Assembly: GCA_964545945.1 (NCBI GenBank)
Contig: CAZJID010000003.1
Coordinates: 1-45,449 of the forward strand
DNA: 45,449 nucleotides
Source of the DNA: an uncultured Dehalococcoidales bacterium
GTDB taxonomy: Bacteria; Chloroflexota; Dehalococcoidia; GIF9; UBA5629
Direction: 5' to 3'
The notes under the pieces: generated by a model
Seen by the model: only the letters and a program-made list of their open reading frames with translations
What the model was told of the DNA's origin: nothing
Databases searched by the model: none
Made by a program: the position numbers and the translations under genes
Part shown: positions 26,568-35,909 of the stretch, piece by piece
How positions within the stretch are numbered: the stretch's first letter is position 1
Layout: every line of letters begins with the position of its first letter

Positions 26568-27173
26568 TTAAATATTATTTCCAAAATTACTTTTAAATTC
26601 CCTGTGGTATGATCTGCTCTTTTCTTCTGTGCCAAGTGCAATCTCACACATTAATTGAAGGAACATAACTGGACTCGTAATAATGCCATCCTCGTTAATT
26701 TCTTTATCATCCAAATCAGGATTTGCAGGTATTTCAAAATTAACAACCCACCATATTTCAATTTTACGAAAAAGAGAAACCATTTCTCGAAAACGCTGAT
26801 TAAAATCCTTTGGCATTCTTTCTGAGCTGATTTTGTGGTGTAAACTATGTGAAAGTTCGTTACGAACATCTTTTATACGATTAAAAATATCCACATCATT
26901 TTCGTCAATTGCGGTCATATCTTTTAGCCAATCTAGACTTGCGTATAAAATACTTTTATTGCGACTCAGTACATCAGTTTGGTATTTTGTATAAGCGGCA
27001 TTGCCGTTTTTCTCAAATCCATGAACAAAAGAGAAAAAATCTTTAGTATGTCCTATGATTGAGTCTTTGAGCATTTCGAACCCAGTTATGTAGATAGATG
27101 AAGCGATAAGAATAGGCCGCAGTACATCAGGGTTAAGGAGGTCGTCCCATATTCTGTGAGTCTTTTTATCCAT
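26568..27173 (-). CDS. AT-rich hypothetical protein with a HEPN-like RxxxxH motif
   Basis: Helical-looking 201-aa protein; RNELSH at 26847-26864; N-terminal Glu (GFEMLK); markedly AT-rich. Confidence 0.6.
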   Translation of the reverse strand: MDKKTHRIWDDLLNPDVLRPILIASSIYITGFEMLKDSIIGHTKDFFSFVHGFEKNGNAAYTKYQTDVLSRNKSILYASLDWLKDMTAIDENDVDIFNRIKDVRNELSHSLHHKISSERMPKDFNQRFREMVSLFRKIEIWWVVNFEIPANPDLDDKEINEDGIITSPVMFLQLMCEIALGTEEKSRSYHREFKSNFGNNI

Positions 27174-27568
27174 AATAAATTGCCTTGCCCCAACAATTAT
27201 ACCACTTGATAAATTAGTCCCATAAACATAACCTCGTGAGCAGGCGGTCAGTAGTTAGATGCATTGTATGGTCATATCTGATTTTATTCTCTCCGCCATC
27301 TTGTTCAATCAATATTCTTGTTTTGAATTGAACAGTCCCGGATTAGCCTGAGAAATGAGGTATAGTGCATTTTTATCAGAATTGTTGAATTCTAAGTTTG
27401 CGTGCTTGCTTCCTCGAAAACCATCGTTTATACTTACTTTGAAGCCAGTTGTCTGGGAAGAAGCTATATCTGGTGACAGAAAAGGCCAATGCCCCCCCCT
27501 ATTTAATGACGCAGAAGCAGTTAAAAAGTGCTAAAGTTCCGGGTTTGGCACTTATTTGGTGAAAATCA

Positions 27569-28237
27569 ATGTGGCCTAAGGTCATACATGCTGGGTTGCT
27601 TATAGCGCTGATTAGTTCATGTATGGTATTAGAGGCGTGCTGGCATGAAAAAGAAATACCGCAACCTAAACTTGGACCACTTGAATTACCTTTCAATGAA
27701 ATTATTCCATCTGTAGAAGCTCTTCTCTATGAGCCTTTTTCTCGCAACGAAGAAACCATATATCATCCAGATGGTCTGATAACCTATTCTCGCATATATG
27801 GAAATGAATCTGCTTCCTATAGCCCTCTTTCTGGAACTGAGAAGCCCGAAGGCCGGGACGTGGTACTTTCTTTAGTTATTCGCGAGTACCAAGATGAGGA
27901 ACAATCTCAAAAAGACATCCAAGAAGAAAGAAAGAGGAAGCAGTACGATAAGAATCTCAGCGAATTTTATGCCAAACTTACCGGGTTACCATCAGCTGAT
28001 GTCGCTAGTCACGTGATTTTCTGGAAAGAGACAAGTTACGAGCAGATCCAGGGTGAAGAAGAGATACTATTCAGGGTAGGGAGATATGTTGGCGACTACT
28101 CAGTCCACATTGATGATCCGCCTGAACTTGAAGACGGATTTTTTATACCGCCCAACTTGCACGACTTACTGGAACTCGCCCTAATAAAGACCGATATCAA
28201 TAAACTTCGCTCACTTATGTCCGCTACCAATGGATAG
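27569..28237 (+). CDS. Hypothetical exported/lipoprotein
   Basis: Hydrophobic N-terminus ending LEAC (lipobox-like); 222 aa; more AT-rich than the flanks. Confidence 0.6.
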   Translation: MWPKVIHAGLLIALISSCMVLEACWHEKEIPQPKLGPLELPFNEIIPSVEALLYEPFSRNEETIYHPDGLITYSRIYGNESASYSPLSGTEKPEGRDVVLSLVIREYQDEEQSQKDIQEERKRKQYDKNLSEFYAKLTGLPSADVASHVIFWKETSYEQIQGEEEILFRVGRYVGDYSVHIDDPPELEDGFFIPPNLHDLLELALIKTDINKLRSLMSATNG

Positions 28238-28309
28238 CTTTTTATAGTTTAATGAAAATCGATCAGCTAGCCCCCGAATGGCTTTCTTACATGAGAAGGG
28301 AATATCGAA

Positions 28310-29932
28310 CTATTCTACGGAGATGATATATAGATTATAGGGCTGCCCGCCGTTAACCAGTCCCACTTCAAGCTCAGGATAGCGTTTACGAATTTTATCG
28401 CTTATGCGGTCGGCTTCCTCCCCGGTTATATCTTTGCCGTAGTAAACCGTCACGATACCTGCCTGAGTCAGGTCCAGGTGGGATAGTAGCTGAAATATAA
28501 TGTCTTCCGGACTGTTACCTGTTGCTTCTACCTGGCCGTCGAGAATACCGATAACCTTCCCTTTCTTGAGAGGCGATTTGTTTGATTTGACGGCACGTGC
28601 GGCCTGGGCAATCTCGATGGTTTTGACCGAGGCGGCAGCTGCCGTCATCTCTGCCACATTGTTCTCGAACTTGATTTCGGGGATGAAAGCAAGTAGAGCC
28701 GAAATCCCCTGTGGAATCGTCTTGGTAGGTATTACCCTTATGTCCTTTTTAGTCAACGATTGGACTTGACGAGCCGTGGGAATCACCTTCTCGCTGTTGG
28801 GTAACAGGATAATATTTTCTGAAGGCACCTCGTCAACGGTCCGCAGGATGTCCATGGTGCTGGAGTTTTTAATTTCCTTCATGGGAACAATAGCAGTGAC
28901 ACCAAGGTCGAAGAAAACTTTAACCAGACCATCACCGCTAACCACGGCGATAACCGCAGCGGATAGAGTCGTTGCATCTCCACGATTCTTAAGCAGATAT
29001 TCCTGGTGCTGCTCGTCCATGTTACGGATGTCTATATCGGAAAGCGTGCCGAAAGAAGAGGCTAATTTGGTAACGGCCTCCGGTTCTTTGGTATGGATAT
29101 GCACCCTGATCACTGACGTATCACCGACCACAATGAGCGACGCCCCCATAGGCTCCAGCGCACTTCGTAGTTTTTCAACCTCCATTTTTTCCGACCGGAC
29201 CATAAACTGTGTACAGAAACCGTAGCTGTCTTCTTCCGCGGGGACGTCAACCGGTTTTGTTGTTAGCTGTACCTCACCGGAAAGCTGTTCGGGCGAATGG
29301 CCGTCCATGTCACCCCTGAGATGGAATAAAGCGCCTTCCAGGAATGTATACAAGCCGTGCCCGCCCGCGTCCACCACGCCGGCCTCCTTAAGCACTGCCA
29401 GCAGATTGGGCGTATTTATTACCGATGCCCGGGCGGCGCTGACCGCGGCTTCCATTACCGATGTCAGGCTGGCATTATGGCTCGAAGCTTCCTGGCGGGC
29501 AGCCGCGGCGGCATCGCGAATAACGGTCAAAATAGTGCCTTCCTCCGGATTAGTCAACGCCCGGTAGGCTACGTCGGAAGCTTTCTCAAAAGCGTTTGCC
29601 AGGTCACTGGCATCGATGACATCTTTGTCTTTTAGCTCTTGCTGGAAGCCACGCCATATCTGGGAAAGGATAACGCCGCTGTTGCCGCGGGCGCCCATCA
29701 GAGCGCCTCTGGCAATGGCTTCGGCTACGGTAGCGGCGTTGCCATCCTCAAGCTTGTCGACCTGCTCCAGACTGGCTCTCATCGTCAGCAGCATGTTGGT
29801 GCCGCAATCGCCGTCGGGTACAGGGAAAACGTTCAGACCGTTGATGTAATAGGCAATTCTTTCGAGCCAGCTCGCGCCTGCGGCGAACATGGTCTTTAAG
29901 TCGTTGCCATCGAGAACCGTTTTAACTTCCAT
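28310..29932 (-). CDS. fakA: Fatty acid kinase catalytic subunit (DAK2-domain YloV/FakA family)
   Basis: LNVFPVPDGDCGTNM, GARGNSGVILSQ, EGTILTV, VVDAGG, GFCTQF, VHIHT, GGQP...IISVE. Confidence 0.92.
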   Translation of the reverse strand: MEVKTVLDGNDLKTMFAAGASWLERIAYYINGLNVFPVPDGDCGTNMLLTMRASLEQVDKLEDGNAATVAEAIARGALMGARGNSGVILSQIWRGFQQELKDKDVIDASDLANAFEKASDVAYRALTNPEEGTILTVIRDAAAAARQEASSHNASLTSVMEAAVSAARASVINTPNLLAVLKEAGVVDAGGHGLYTFLEGALFHLRGDMDGHSPEQLSGEVQLTTKPVDVPAEEDSYGFCTQFMVRSEKMEVEKLRSALEPMGASLIVVGDTSVIRVHIHTKEPEAVTKLASSFGTLSDIDIRNMDEQHQEYLLKNRGDATTLSAAVIAVVSGDGLVKVFFDLGVTAIVPMKEIKNSSTMDILRTVDEVPSENIILLPNSEKVIPTARQVQSLTKKDIRVIPTKTIPQGISALLAFIPEIKFENNVAEMTAAAASVKTIEIAQAARAVKSNKSPLKKGKVIGILDGQVEATGNSPEDIIFQLLSHLDLTQAGIVTVYYGKDITGEEADRISDKIRKRYPELEVGLVNGGQPYNLYIISVE

Positions 29933-29968
29933 GATTTTCTACGATGCGTTAGAGTAAAACGAACGGGT

Positions 29969-30820
29969 CTAACTGTAAAAGGAAACCGCGATCACCGGAC
30001 CGACGGCACCGCCCATTACCGGCGAATAAGGGGTAAAGTAAAGCTCTTCGCAATTGAATTTGGCGGCAACCAGCTTTTTCAGTTTTTCCCCGTCATCCAA
30101 AGAGTTGCTGTAGTGGACATTTACCCTGGCCGGCTTCTTGTCGTCGAGGTATTGGGCCATTAAGTCAATCATTTTCGTCATGGTATTTTCCATACCCCGC
30201 CCCCTGCCCAGATTTTCGACCAGGCCGGTGTTGTTTACCATGCCGATAATCGGTTTGACTCCGAATAGCTCACCCATGTAGGCTGTTTTCGGTGCCCTGC
30301 CGATTTTAATAAGCAGCTTCATGGTCTCCATGGCGCAGACGAATTTAACCCTCGGTATCATATCCGTGGCAATGGCGGCGACATCGGCCGCGCTTTTGCC
30401 CGCCTTCGCTGCCCGTGCCATCTCGAGGGCTACGAATCCCTGGGCTCCGGCCGCGGTTCGGCTGTCGATAATTTCGATATTGACCTCCGGGTGTTCCTTT
30501 TGGAACAGGTTCCGGGCCTGTACGGCGGCTTCATGCGTGGCACTCAAAGCCTTAGAAACAAATGTGCAGACGATGTCCTTGGTGCTCTTGCTGAGGTCGC
30601 TGAAGATTCTGGTATACTCGTTCAGAGCCGGGGCTCCGGTCGAAAACTCCTTTACCTCCGGGAACATCTTCCAGAAGTCATCCGGCGTCATGTCTATCAG
30701 GTCGCGATAAGGCTTGCCGTTGATGTTGAGAGAGACCGGTACCAGCTTTATCCCATATTCCTTCACTTTCTCCACGGGCAAACAGGAGATGGAGTCTGTA
30801 ACGATGCCTACTTTAGCCAT
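29969..30820 (-). CDS. DegV family fatty acid-binding protein (FakB-like)
   Basis: IVTDS, SKALSAT, IDSR, IGR, KPII, GGAVGP. Confidence 0.9.
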   Translation of the reverse strand: MAKVGIVTDSISCLPVEKVKEYGIKLVPVSLNINGKPYRDLIDMTPDDFWKMFPEVKEFSTGAPALNEYTRIFSDLSKSTKDIVCTFVSKALSATHEAAVQARNLFQKEHPEVNIEIIDSRTAAGAQGFVALEMARAAKAGKSAADVAAIATDMIPRVKFVCAMETMKLLIKIGRAPKTAYMGELFGVKPIIGMVNNTGLVENLGRGRGMENTMTKMIDLMAQYLDDKKPARVNVHYSNSLDDGEKLKKLVAAKFNCEELYFTPYSPVMGGAVGPVIAVSFYS

Positions 30821-30836
30821 TTCTTACCTCCTCATG

Positions 30837-31586
30837 TTATACGACGCCGCCATCGACACAGATGGTCTGCGCGGTGATATATCCTGCCTGCTCGCTGGCC
30901 AGAAAAGCAGCGAGTTCGGCAACATCATCGGCTATACCGAAACGTCCCAGCGGAATGCGCGCCAGTATGGCGTCTTTAGTTTCCGGCGATAATTTATCCG
31001 TCATATCGGTTACAATAAAGCCGGGCGCGATGGCGTTTACGGTGATATTCCGCGGGCCGACCTCTCGCGCCACGCTTCTGGTAAATGCAATTAGCCCACC
31101 CTTGGCGGCAGAGTAGTTCGCCTGTCCCATATTGCCGACCAGCCCGGCCAGGGAAGAGATATTGATGATACGGCCCCAGCCCTGTTCCATCATCGAGCGT
31201 AGGGCGTATTTGGTACACAAATACGCGCCGCGCAGATTCGTGTCCAGCACCTCGTCCCAAGCTTCGTTCGGCATCCGGAGAATAAGGGAATCGCGGACGA
31301 TGCCGGCGTTGTTAATCAGGATGTCGATTTTGCCCCAGCTTTTGACAACCTGGCGGGTCATTTCGCGGACGGCAGTATCTTCAGCCACATTAGCTTTGCA
31401 TAACATGGCTTCGCCGCCGCTGTTCTCAATCTTTTTAGCTACCTGATTAGCTGCTTCGTCGTTGGACAAATAGTTGACCGCTACACGGGCACCCGATGCC
31501 GCCAGCTTGAGGGCAATGGCTCTGCCCAGGCCGCGCGAAGCACCGGTTACCAGTGCCACCTTTTGCTCTAAACCGATTGTCTTCAT
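30837..31586 (-). CDS. fabG: 3-oxoacyl-ACP reductase
   Basis: TGASRGLG, NNAGIVRD, GQANYSAAK, APGFIVTDMT, VDGG. Confidence 0.93.
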   Translation of the reverse strand: MKTIGLEQKVALVTGASRGLGRAIALKLAASGARVAVNYLSNDEAANQVAKKIENSGGEAMLCKANVAEDTAVREMTRQVVKSWGKIDILINNAGIVRDSLILRMPNEAWDEVLDTNLRGAYLCTKYALRSMMEQGWGRIINISSLAGLVGNMGQANYSAAKGGLIAFTRSVAREVGPRNITVNAIAPGFIVTDMTDKLSPETKDAILARIPLGRFGIADDVAELAAFLASEQAGYITAQTICVDGGVV

Positions 31587-31600
31587 ATTTAGCTAATATC

Positions 31601-32830
31601 TCAGGAGAATTTTTTTAGTACGATGCAGCAATTCTGACCGCCCATACCAAAAGCATTAGAAAGGCAGACATTCACTTTCTGGCGGCGGGCTGCGTTAGGT
31701 ACGTAGTCCAGGTCGCAGTCCGGGTCCGGCGTTTCATAGTTAATTGTCGGCGGAATTATGTCTTCTTTTACGGTCATTACCGCGGCAACAGCTTCAACCG
31801 CACCGGCGGCACATGCCAGGTGTCCTATCATCGACTTTACCGAGCTAATGGGTACTTTGTAGGCCCTATCGCCAAGGAGCATTTTCAGAGCCTTAGTCTC
31901 GGCAGCGTCGTTATATTTGGTGCTGGTCCCGTGCGCGTTTACGTAGTCAATATCACTGGGGGAAACGTCAGCATCACGTAGCGCCATTTTCATGGCTTCG
32001 GCTTGCTGGACCGGGTCGGGCGCAGTTTCGTTGAAAGCGTCAAACGACCAGCCGGCGCCGGCGAACTCGGCGAGTATCGGTGCGCCGCGCTGCTGGGCGT
32101 GTTCCAGAGTCTCTAATATCAGTATGGAGCTGCCTTCTCCGTAGACCATGCCGTCGCGGTTAAGGTCGAAAGGCCGGCAGGCTTTTTGAGGGTCGGATTG
32201 CCGGCTGAGAGCGCCAACCAGCCCGGTGATGGCGATAGCCAGCGGATTCACCTGTGAGTCCGCGCCGCCAGCCGCGATCACATCAGCGTGCCCGCGGCGC
32301 AGCAGATTCAGTGCCGTGCCCAGGGCGTCGTTGCCGCTGGCGCAGGCGCTGTTCAAACTGCTGTTCGGCCCCTTTAAACCGAACTCAAGCCCTATGATAG
32401 CCGATACCATACTCGGGGATACTTTGCTGATTAGTAACGGGTCCATGCGCTTCGGCCCGCGATTCTTGATGATTTCACCCTGGTCAATCAGCAGGTCCAT
32501 GGCACCGGTCGTGGCAATGACCACACCCACCCTTTCCGGTTTTTCTTTAGCCATGTTCAATCCGGCCGAAGCCAGCGCCATCTTAGTCGCGGCGATGCCG
32601 TATTGAGTGCAAATAGCCGTGCGGTCAACGCGCTTGATATCCATGTACTCCAGCGGGTCAAAGCCCTTGATTTCCCCGGCCACTTTGACATGGTATTTGG
32701 TGGTATCGAATTTGGTGATAAGTCCGATAGCCGATTCTCCGTTTACCAGTCCCTGCCAGTAGCGTTCTACATTCAGGCCCAGCGGGGTGACGGCACCCAT
32801 TCCGGTAACTACAACTCTATTTTGGGACAT
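31601..32830 (-). CDS. fabF: 3-oxoacyl-ACP synthase II (divergent)
   Basis: RVVVTGMG, SACASG (catalytic Cys), RPFD, NAHGTST, KSMIGH, PPTIN, NAFGMGGQN. Confidence 0.9.
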   Translation of the reverse strand: MSQNRVVVTGMGAVTPLGLNVERYWQGLVNGESAIGLITKFDTTKYHVKVAGEIKGFDPLEYMDIKRVDRTAICTQYGIAATKMALASAGLNMAKEKPERVGVVIATTGAMDLLIDQGEIIKNRGPKRMDPLLISKVSPSMVSAIIGLEFGLKGPNSSLNSACASGNDALGTALNLLRRGHADVIAAGGADSQVNPLAIAITGLVGALSRQSDPQKACRPFDLNRDGMVYGEGSSILILETLEHAQQRGAPILAEFAGAGWSFDAFNETAPDPVQQAEAMKMALRDADVSPSDIDYVNAHGTSTKYNDAAETKALKMLLGDRAYKVPISSVKSMIGHLACAAGAVEAVAAVMTVKEDIIPPTINYETPDPDCDLDYVPNAARRQKVNVCLSNAFGMGGQNCCIVLKKFS

Positions 32831-33614
32831 TCGTATCTCCTTTATCCTCCGGCATCGTGTAAGCCCCCGATGTAAGCGACAGTCCGCCGTCGATTACGAT
32901 GGTCTGTCCCCTAATCATGGCAGCCGCGTCACTGCACAGGAAGGCAACCACATTGGCTACGTCTTCCGGTTTGACCATGCTACCAGCGGGGGTTCCGGTG
33001 ACCATGTGAGAAGGTATATTCGGATCGGCGGTATATAGTTTCAAGGCTTCCGTTTCTACGGCTCCGGCGGCAATGGCGTTCACTCTGATGCCCCGCGGTG
33101 CCAGTTCGATGGCCAGATAACGGGTCAGAGCTTCAAGCGCTGCTTTGGAAACGCCGACTGCGGTGTAAATCGGCCAGGCCAGGCGGGAACCTAGACTGGA
33201 GATATTGACGATGATGCCGCCGTTCTTCATCAGTCTGGCCGCTCTTTGGGCGCACAGCAGGCCGGCTCTGGTATTTATGTTTAGTGTCCAGTCCCAGGCG
33301 TCCGGTTCAAGTTCCATGGCCGGGCGGGCCACACCCGAAGCCGCATTATTGACCAGTATGTCCAGCCGCCCGAACCTCTCTTCGATTTCAGCAAACATGC
33401 GGTCGATTTTCTCAGGTTCGGCCAGATTAGCCTTTATTATGTGGGCGGCTACGCCCAGGTTACGGGCGGCTTCGGCGGTACCTTCGGCGGTGTCCCTCTT
33501 GCGAAAGAAATTTATGGCTACCGCGGCGCCCTCGGAGGCCAGCTTGAGCGTTATGGCACGGCCAATGCCCCTTGAGCCGCCGGTTATAAGCGCAACTTTA
33601 TCTTTCAGAAACAT
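32817..33614 (-). CDS. fabL: Enoyl-ACP reductase, FabL-type SDR
   Basis: TGGSRGIG, NNAASGV, ISSLGS, YTAVGVSKAALEALTRYLA (Yx6K, as in Bacillus FabL). Confidence 0.85.
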   Translation of the reverse strand: MFLKDKVALITGGSRGIGRAITLKLASEGAAVAINFFRKRDTAEGTAEAARNLGVAAHIIKANLAEPEKIDRMFAEIEERFGRLDILVNNAASGVARPAMELEPDAWDWTLNINTRAGLLCAQRAARLMKNGGIIVNISSLGSRLAWPIYTAVGVSKAALEALTRYLAIELAPRGIRVNAIAAGAVETEALKLYTADPNIPSHMVTGTPAGSMVKPEDVANVVAFLCSDAAAMIRGQTIVIDGGLSLTSGAYTMPEDKGDTNVPK

Positions 33615-33625
33615 ATGGATACCAG

Positions 33626-33880
33626 CTATTTATTTTTCTTAGCGATGATATTCTCGATGCAGGCGACGAAGCTTTTCATGTCGGTGACATTCTGAAGGTC
33701 GTCATCGGGGATTTCGATATCGAAGGTATCTTCCACTGCAACCAGTATTTGCACGACATCCAGAGAGTCGGCTTTCAGGTCCTTGAATGTAGCCGACGGC
33801 TTAAACTCGGCGTCACGCTTTCGTACCACCCGCGTTACGATGCCCTTAATAGTTTCTTCGACTGAAGTACCGGTAGACAT
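33626..33880 (-). CDS. acpP: Acyl carrier protein
   Basis: DLKADSLDVV phosphopantetheine site, EDTFDIEIPD; GGAGGAG RBS. Confidence 0.92.
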   Translation of the reverse strand: MSTGTSVEETIKGIVTRVVRKRDAEFKPSATFKDLKADSLDVVQILVAVEDTFDIEIPDDDLQNVTDMKSFVACIENIIAKKNK

Positions 33881-33896
33881 TTTTCAACTCCTCCAT

Positions 33897-34910
33897 CTAA
33901 GTATTTGAATTGGTTATGTTCATTGTATTTTTAATGGCAGCCAGCTCTTTGGTAAAAGTGCCGACAAGGTCTATATCAACGGCTCGTTTGGCGGTGCCTA
34001 TAGTATTGGCCACTTCGAACGCCTTGCTCCGGCCGTGGGCTTTGCAAACGACCCCGTTCACACCCCACAGTGGGCCCCCTCCTACTGAGTCGGCCACAAT
34101 AGTGGCTCTTTTTAATGATTTAACAATGTCGCTTACGTCACTTTCAGGCAGCTTGCTCTGCAAGGCGGTCTTGAGCCAGCCGGCGGTGACATCACCCAGA
34201 CCCTCACAGAATTTAGCGACTACGTTGCCCACAAAGCCGTCGCAAATGATGACGTTAGCTTTGCCGTGTGCTATATCGTTGCCCTCTACGTAGCCTACGA
34301 AATTCAAACCCGACTTTTTGAAAAGGTCGTAAGTTTCGCGTACCACTTCATTACCTTTTCCCTCCTCTTTGCCGTTGCTGAGCAGGGCAATAGACGGATT
34401 CGGAATATTCATCCATTTGCGGGCATAGACCATGCCGACGATGCCGAAATCCAGAAGCTGGTCCGGGCGCGAATCGACATTGCCACCAAGGTCGATGACA
34501 ATGGTCTCCGGAGCGAACCCCAGGAACGGGCCTCCGATAACCGGCCGGGATAGGCCTTCGAATGTACCCAGCACCTGTACGGCGGAGGCAAAGACGCCTC
34601 CCGTAGGTCCGACACCAACCACGGCTGCCGCCTTCCCCTCTTTAACCAGCCTGGTGGCAACCATAATGGAGGTGTTTCTTTTTCTGCGCATAGCGTAGGC
34701 GGGGTGTTCGCCTTCGACTAAGTATTCGTCGGTGTGTACGATTTCAATTTCAAGTCCGGAGGTATCGAATTTTGCCAGTTCGGACTGGATGCGTTCTTGC
34801 GGTCCTACCAGAATAATACCGACGCCGTACTCCCTGGCTCCTGAAACCGAACCTTTGATGATTTCTTCAGGCGCGAAATCGCCGCCCATGGCATCAACCG
34901 CTATCTTCAT
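33897..34910 (-). CDS. plsX: Phosphate acyltransferase PlsX
   Basis: IAVDAMGGDFAP, DLGGNVD, NGKEEGKG, CDGFVGN, KAHGRS. Confidence 0.93.
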   Translation of the reverse strand: MKIAVDAMGGDFAPEEIIKGSVSGAREYGVGIILVGPQERIQSELAKFDTSGLEIEIVHTDEYLVEGEHPAYAMRRKRNTSIMVATRLVKEGKAAAVVGVGPTGGVFASAVQVLGTFEGLSRPVIGGPFLGFAPETIVIDLGGNVDSRPDQLLDFGIVGMVYARKWMNIPNPSIALLSNGKEEGKGNEVVRETYDLFKKSGLNFVGYVEGNDIAHGKANVIICDGFVGNVVAKFCEGLGDVTAGWLKTALQSKLPESDVSDIVKSLKRATIVADSVGGGPLWGVNGVVCKAHGRSKAFEVANTIGTAKRAVDIDLVGTFTKELAAIKNTMNITNSNT

Positions 34911-35331
34911 CAGCCGTCACCTTCACTTTCGTGTCGCAGATTATTACAGGGTCATCTTGCTGGTTGTGGCAGAGGACATCGCAATTGACCGATAAAATCC
35001 CGTCTTCTTTTCGCACATCGGTTACCTGGCCGTTAACGGTTATCGTGTCTCCGGGGTAGGCCGGCGCTTTGAATCTGGCGCTCAGACTACCTCCGGTCAA
35101 CCAGGCTTGCCCGAAGCTATTTGTCATGAATTCCGAGACGTAGGCCAGGATAAGCATACCGTGAGCTATCGTTCCGCCCAGTGGTGTTTGCCGGGCGAAT
35201 TCCGAATCGATATGAATAGGGTTAAAATCGCCGCTGGCTTCAGCATAAAGGTTGATGTGCTCCTGCGTAACTATCCTCTTCAGGTCCGGTAATTTTGTGC
35301 CGGCGATTAGCTCTTTGTTGTTCAATACCAC
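34894..35331 (-). CDS. MaoC-type (R)-hydratase / 3-hydroxyacyl dehydratase, catalytic hot-dog subunit (HadB-like)
   Basis: Hydratase-2 motif YAEASGDFNPIH...IAHGML; RFKAPAYPGD. Confidence 0.88.
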   Translation of the reverse strand: MVLNNKELIAGTKLPDLKRIVTQEHINLYAEASGDFNPIHIDSEFARQTPLGGTIAHGMLILAYVSEFMTNSFGQAWLTGGSLSARFKAPAYPGDTITVNGQVTDVRKEDGILSVNCDVLCHNQQDDPVIICDTKVKVTADEDSG

Positions 35332-35762
35332 TAGTTTTCCTCCAATGTATCAAGCGGCAATATAAAGCTGGTCTCTCCAGACAACACCGGTATTTTCTGC
35401 TCGTTTTGAACATCGATACTGATAGTCAACATGTGGAATTTACCCCGTTCCAGCTTGCGGCTAATTCTGGCTTTGCTCGTAAGAGTTTCATCGATACTTA
35501 CCATGTCAAGAAATTGCAGTTCCTGCGAGACGTGGATGGCGCCCTGGGGAAAGGAGATCCCTTCCGACAGTGCTGTCATAGCCAGAGCTGCGATAGCCAT
35601 GGGGGGTATCGCTTCCCGCCCATCGTGTATATGCCTGTTTCCTTCAACCGCTTTCAGATATGCGGTCACTTTTTCTTTATCCAGTCTGAACTGCTTCGGC
35701 GCGAATTCATAGCCGGTCGCCAATTCACTATATTCGGCTCTTCTTTTTTCCATCGCTGCCAT
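35331..35762 (-). CDS. MaoC-like hot-dog protein lacking the catalytic D-x-x-x-x-H motif (HadA-like partner)
   Basis: IPPMAI, GAIHVSQELQF; overlaps the next gene by 1 nt. Confidence 0.72.
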   Translation of the reverse strand: MAAMEKRRAEYSELATGYEFAPKQFRLDKEKVTAYLKAVEGNRHIHDGREAIPPMAIAALAMTALSEGISFPQGAIHVSQELQFLDMVSIDETLTSKARISRKLERGKFHMLTISIDVQNEQKIPVLSGETSFILPLDTLEEN

Positions 35763-35801
35763 CTGCCGGGCTTACCGGCTGCGTTTTATCGGCATTATCC
35801 C

Positions 35802-35902
35802 AAAAAGGCAATACAGCGGAGACTAGTCGGTAGCTGACTGCCCGGTGTATCTACCTAGCACAGCAAACCCTAGTTAAACATATTACATAGGTTAGCTAGG
35901 TA
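35802..35902 (-). promoter_or_regulatory. Structured 5' leader of the lipid operon with a terminator-like stem
   Basis: TACCTAGC...GCTAGGTA stem at the 5' end, then GGCAGTCAGC...GCTGTATTGCC followed by TTTTT. Confidence 0.4.
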
Positions 35903-35909
35903 TACTTAA

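Noticed and set aside
31601-31603. TGA stops (fabF, purF, hisA, MaoC) as selenocysteine or recoded codons
   Set aside because: Each protein is already full length at the TGA, and the next gene or intergenic sequence follows directly.
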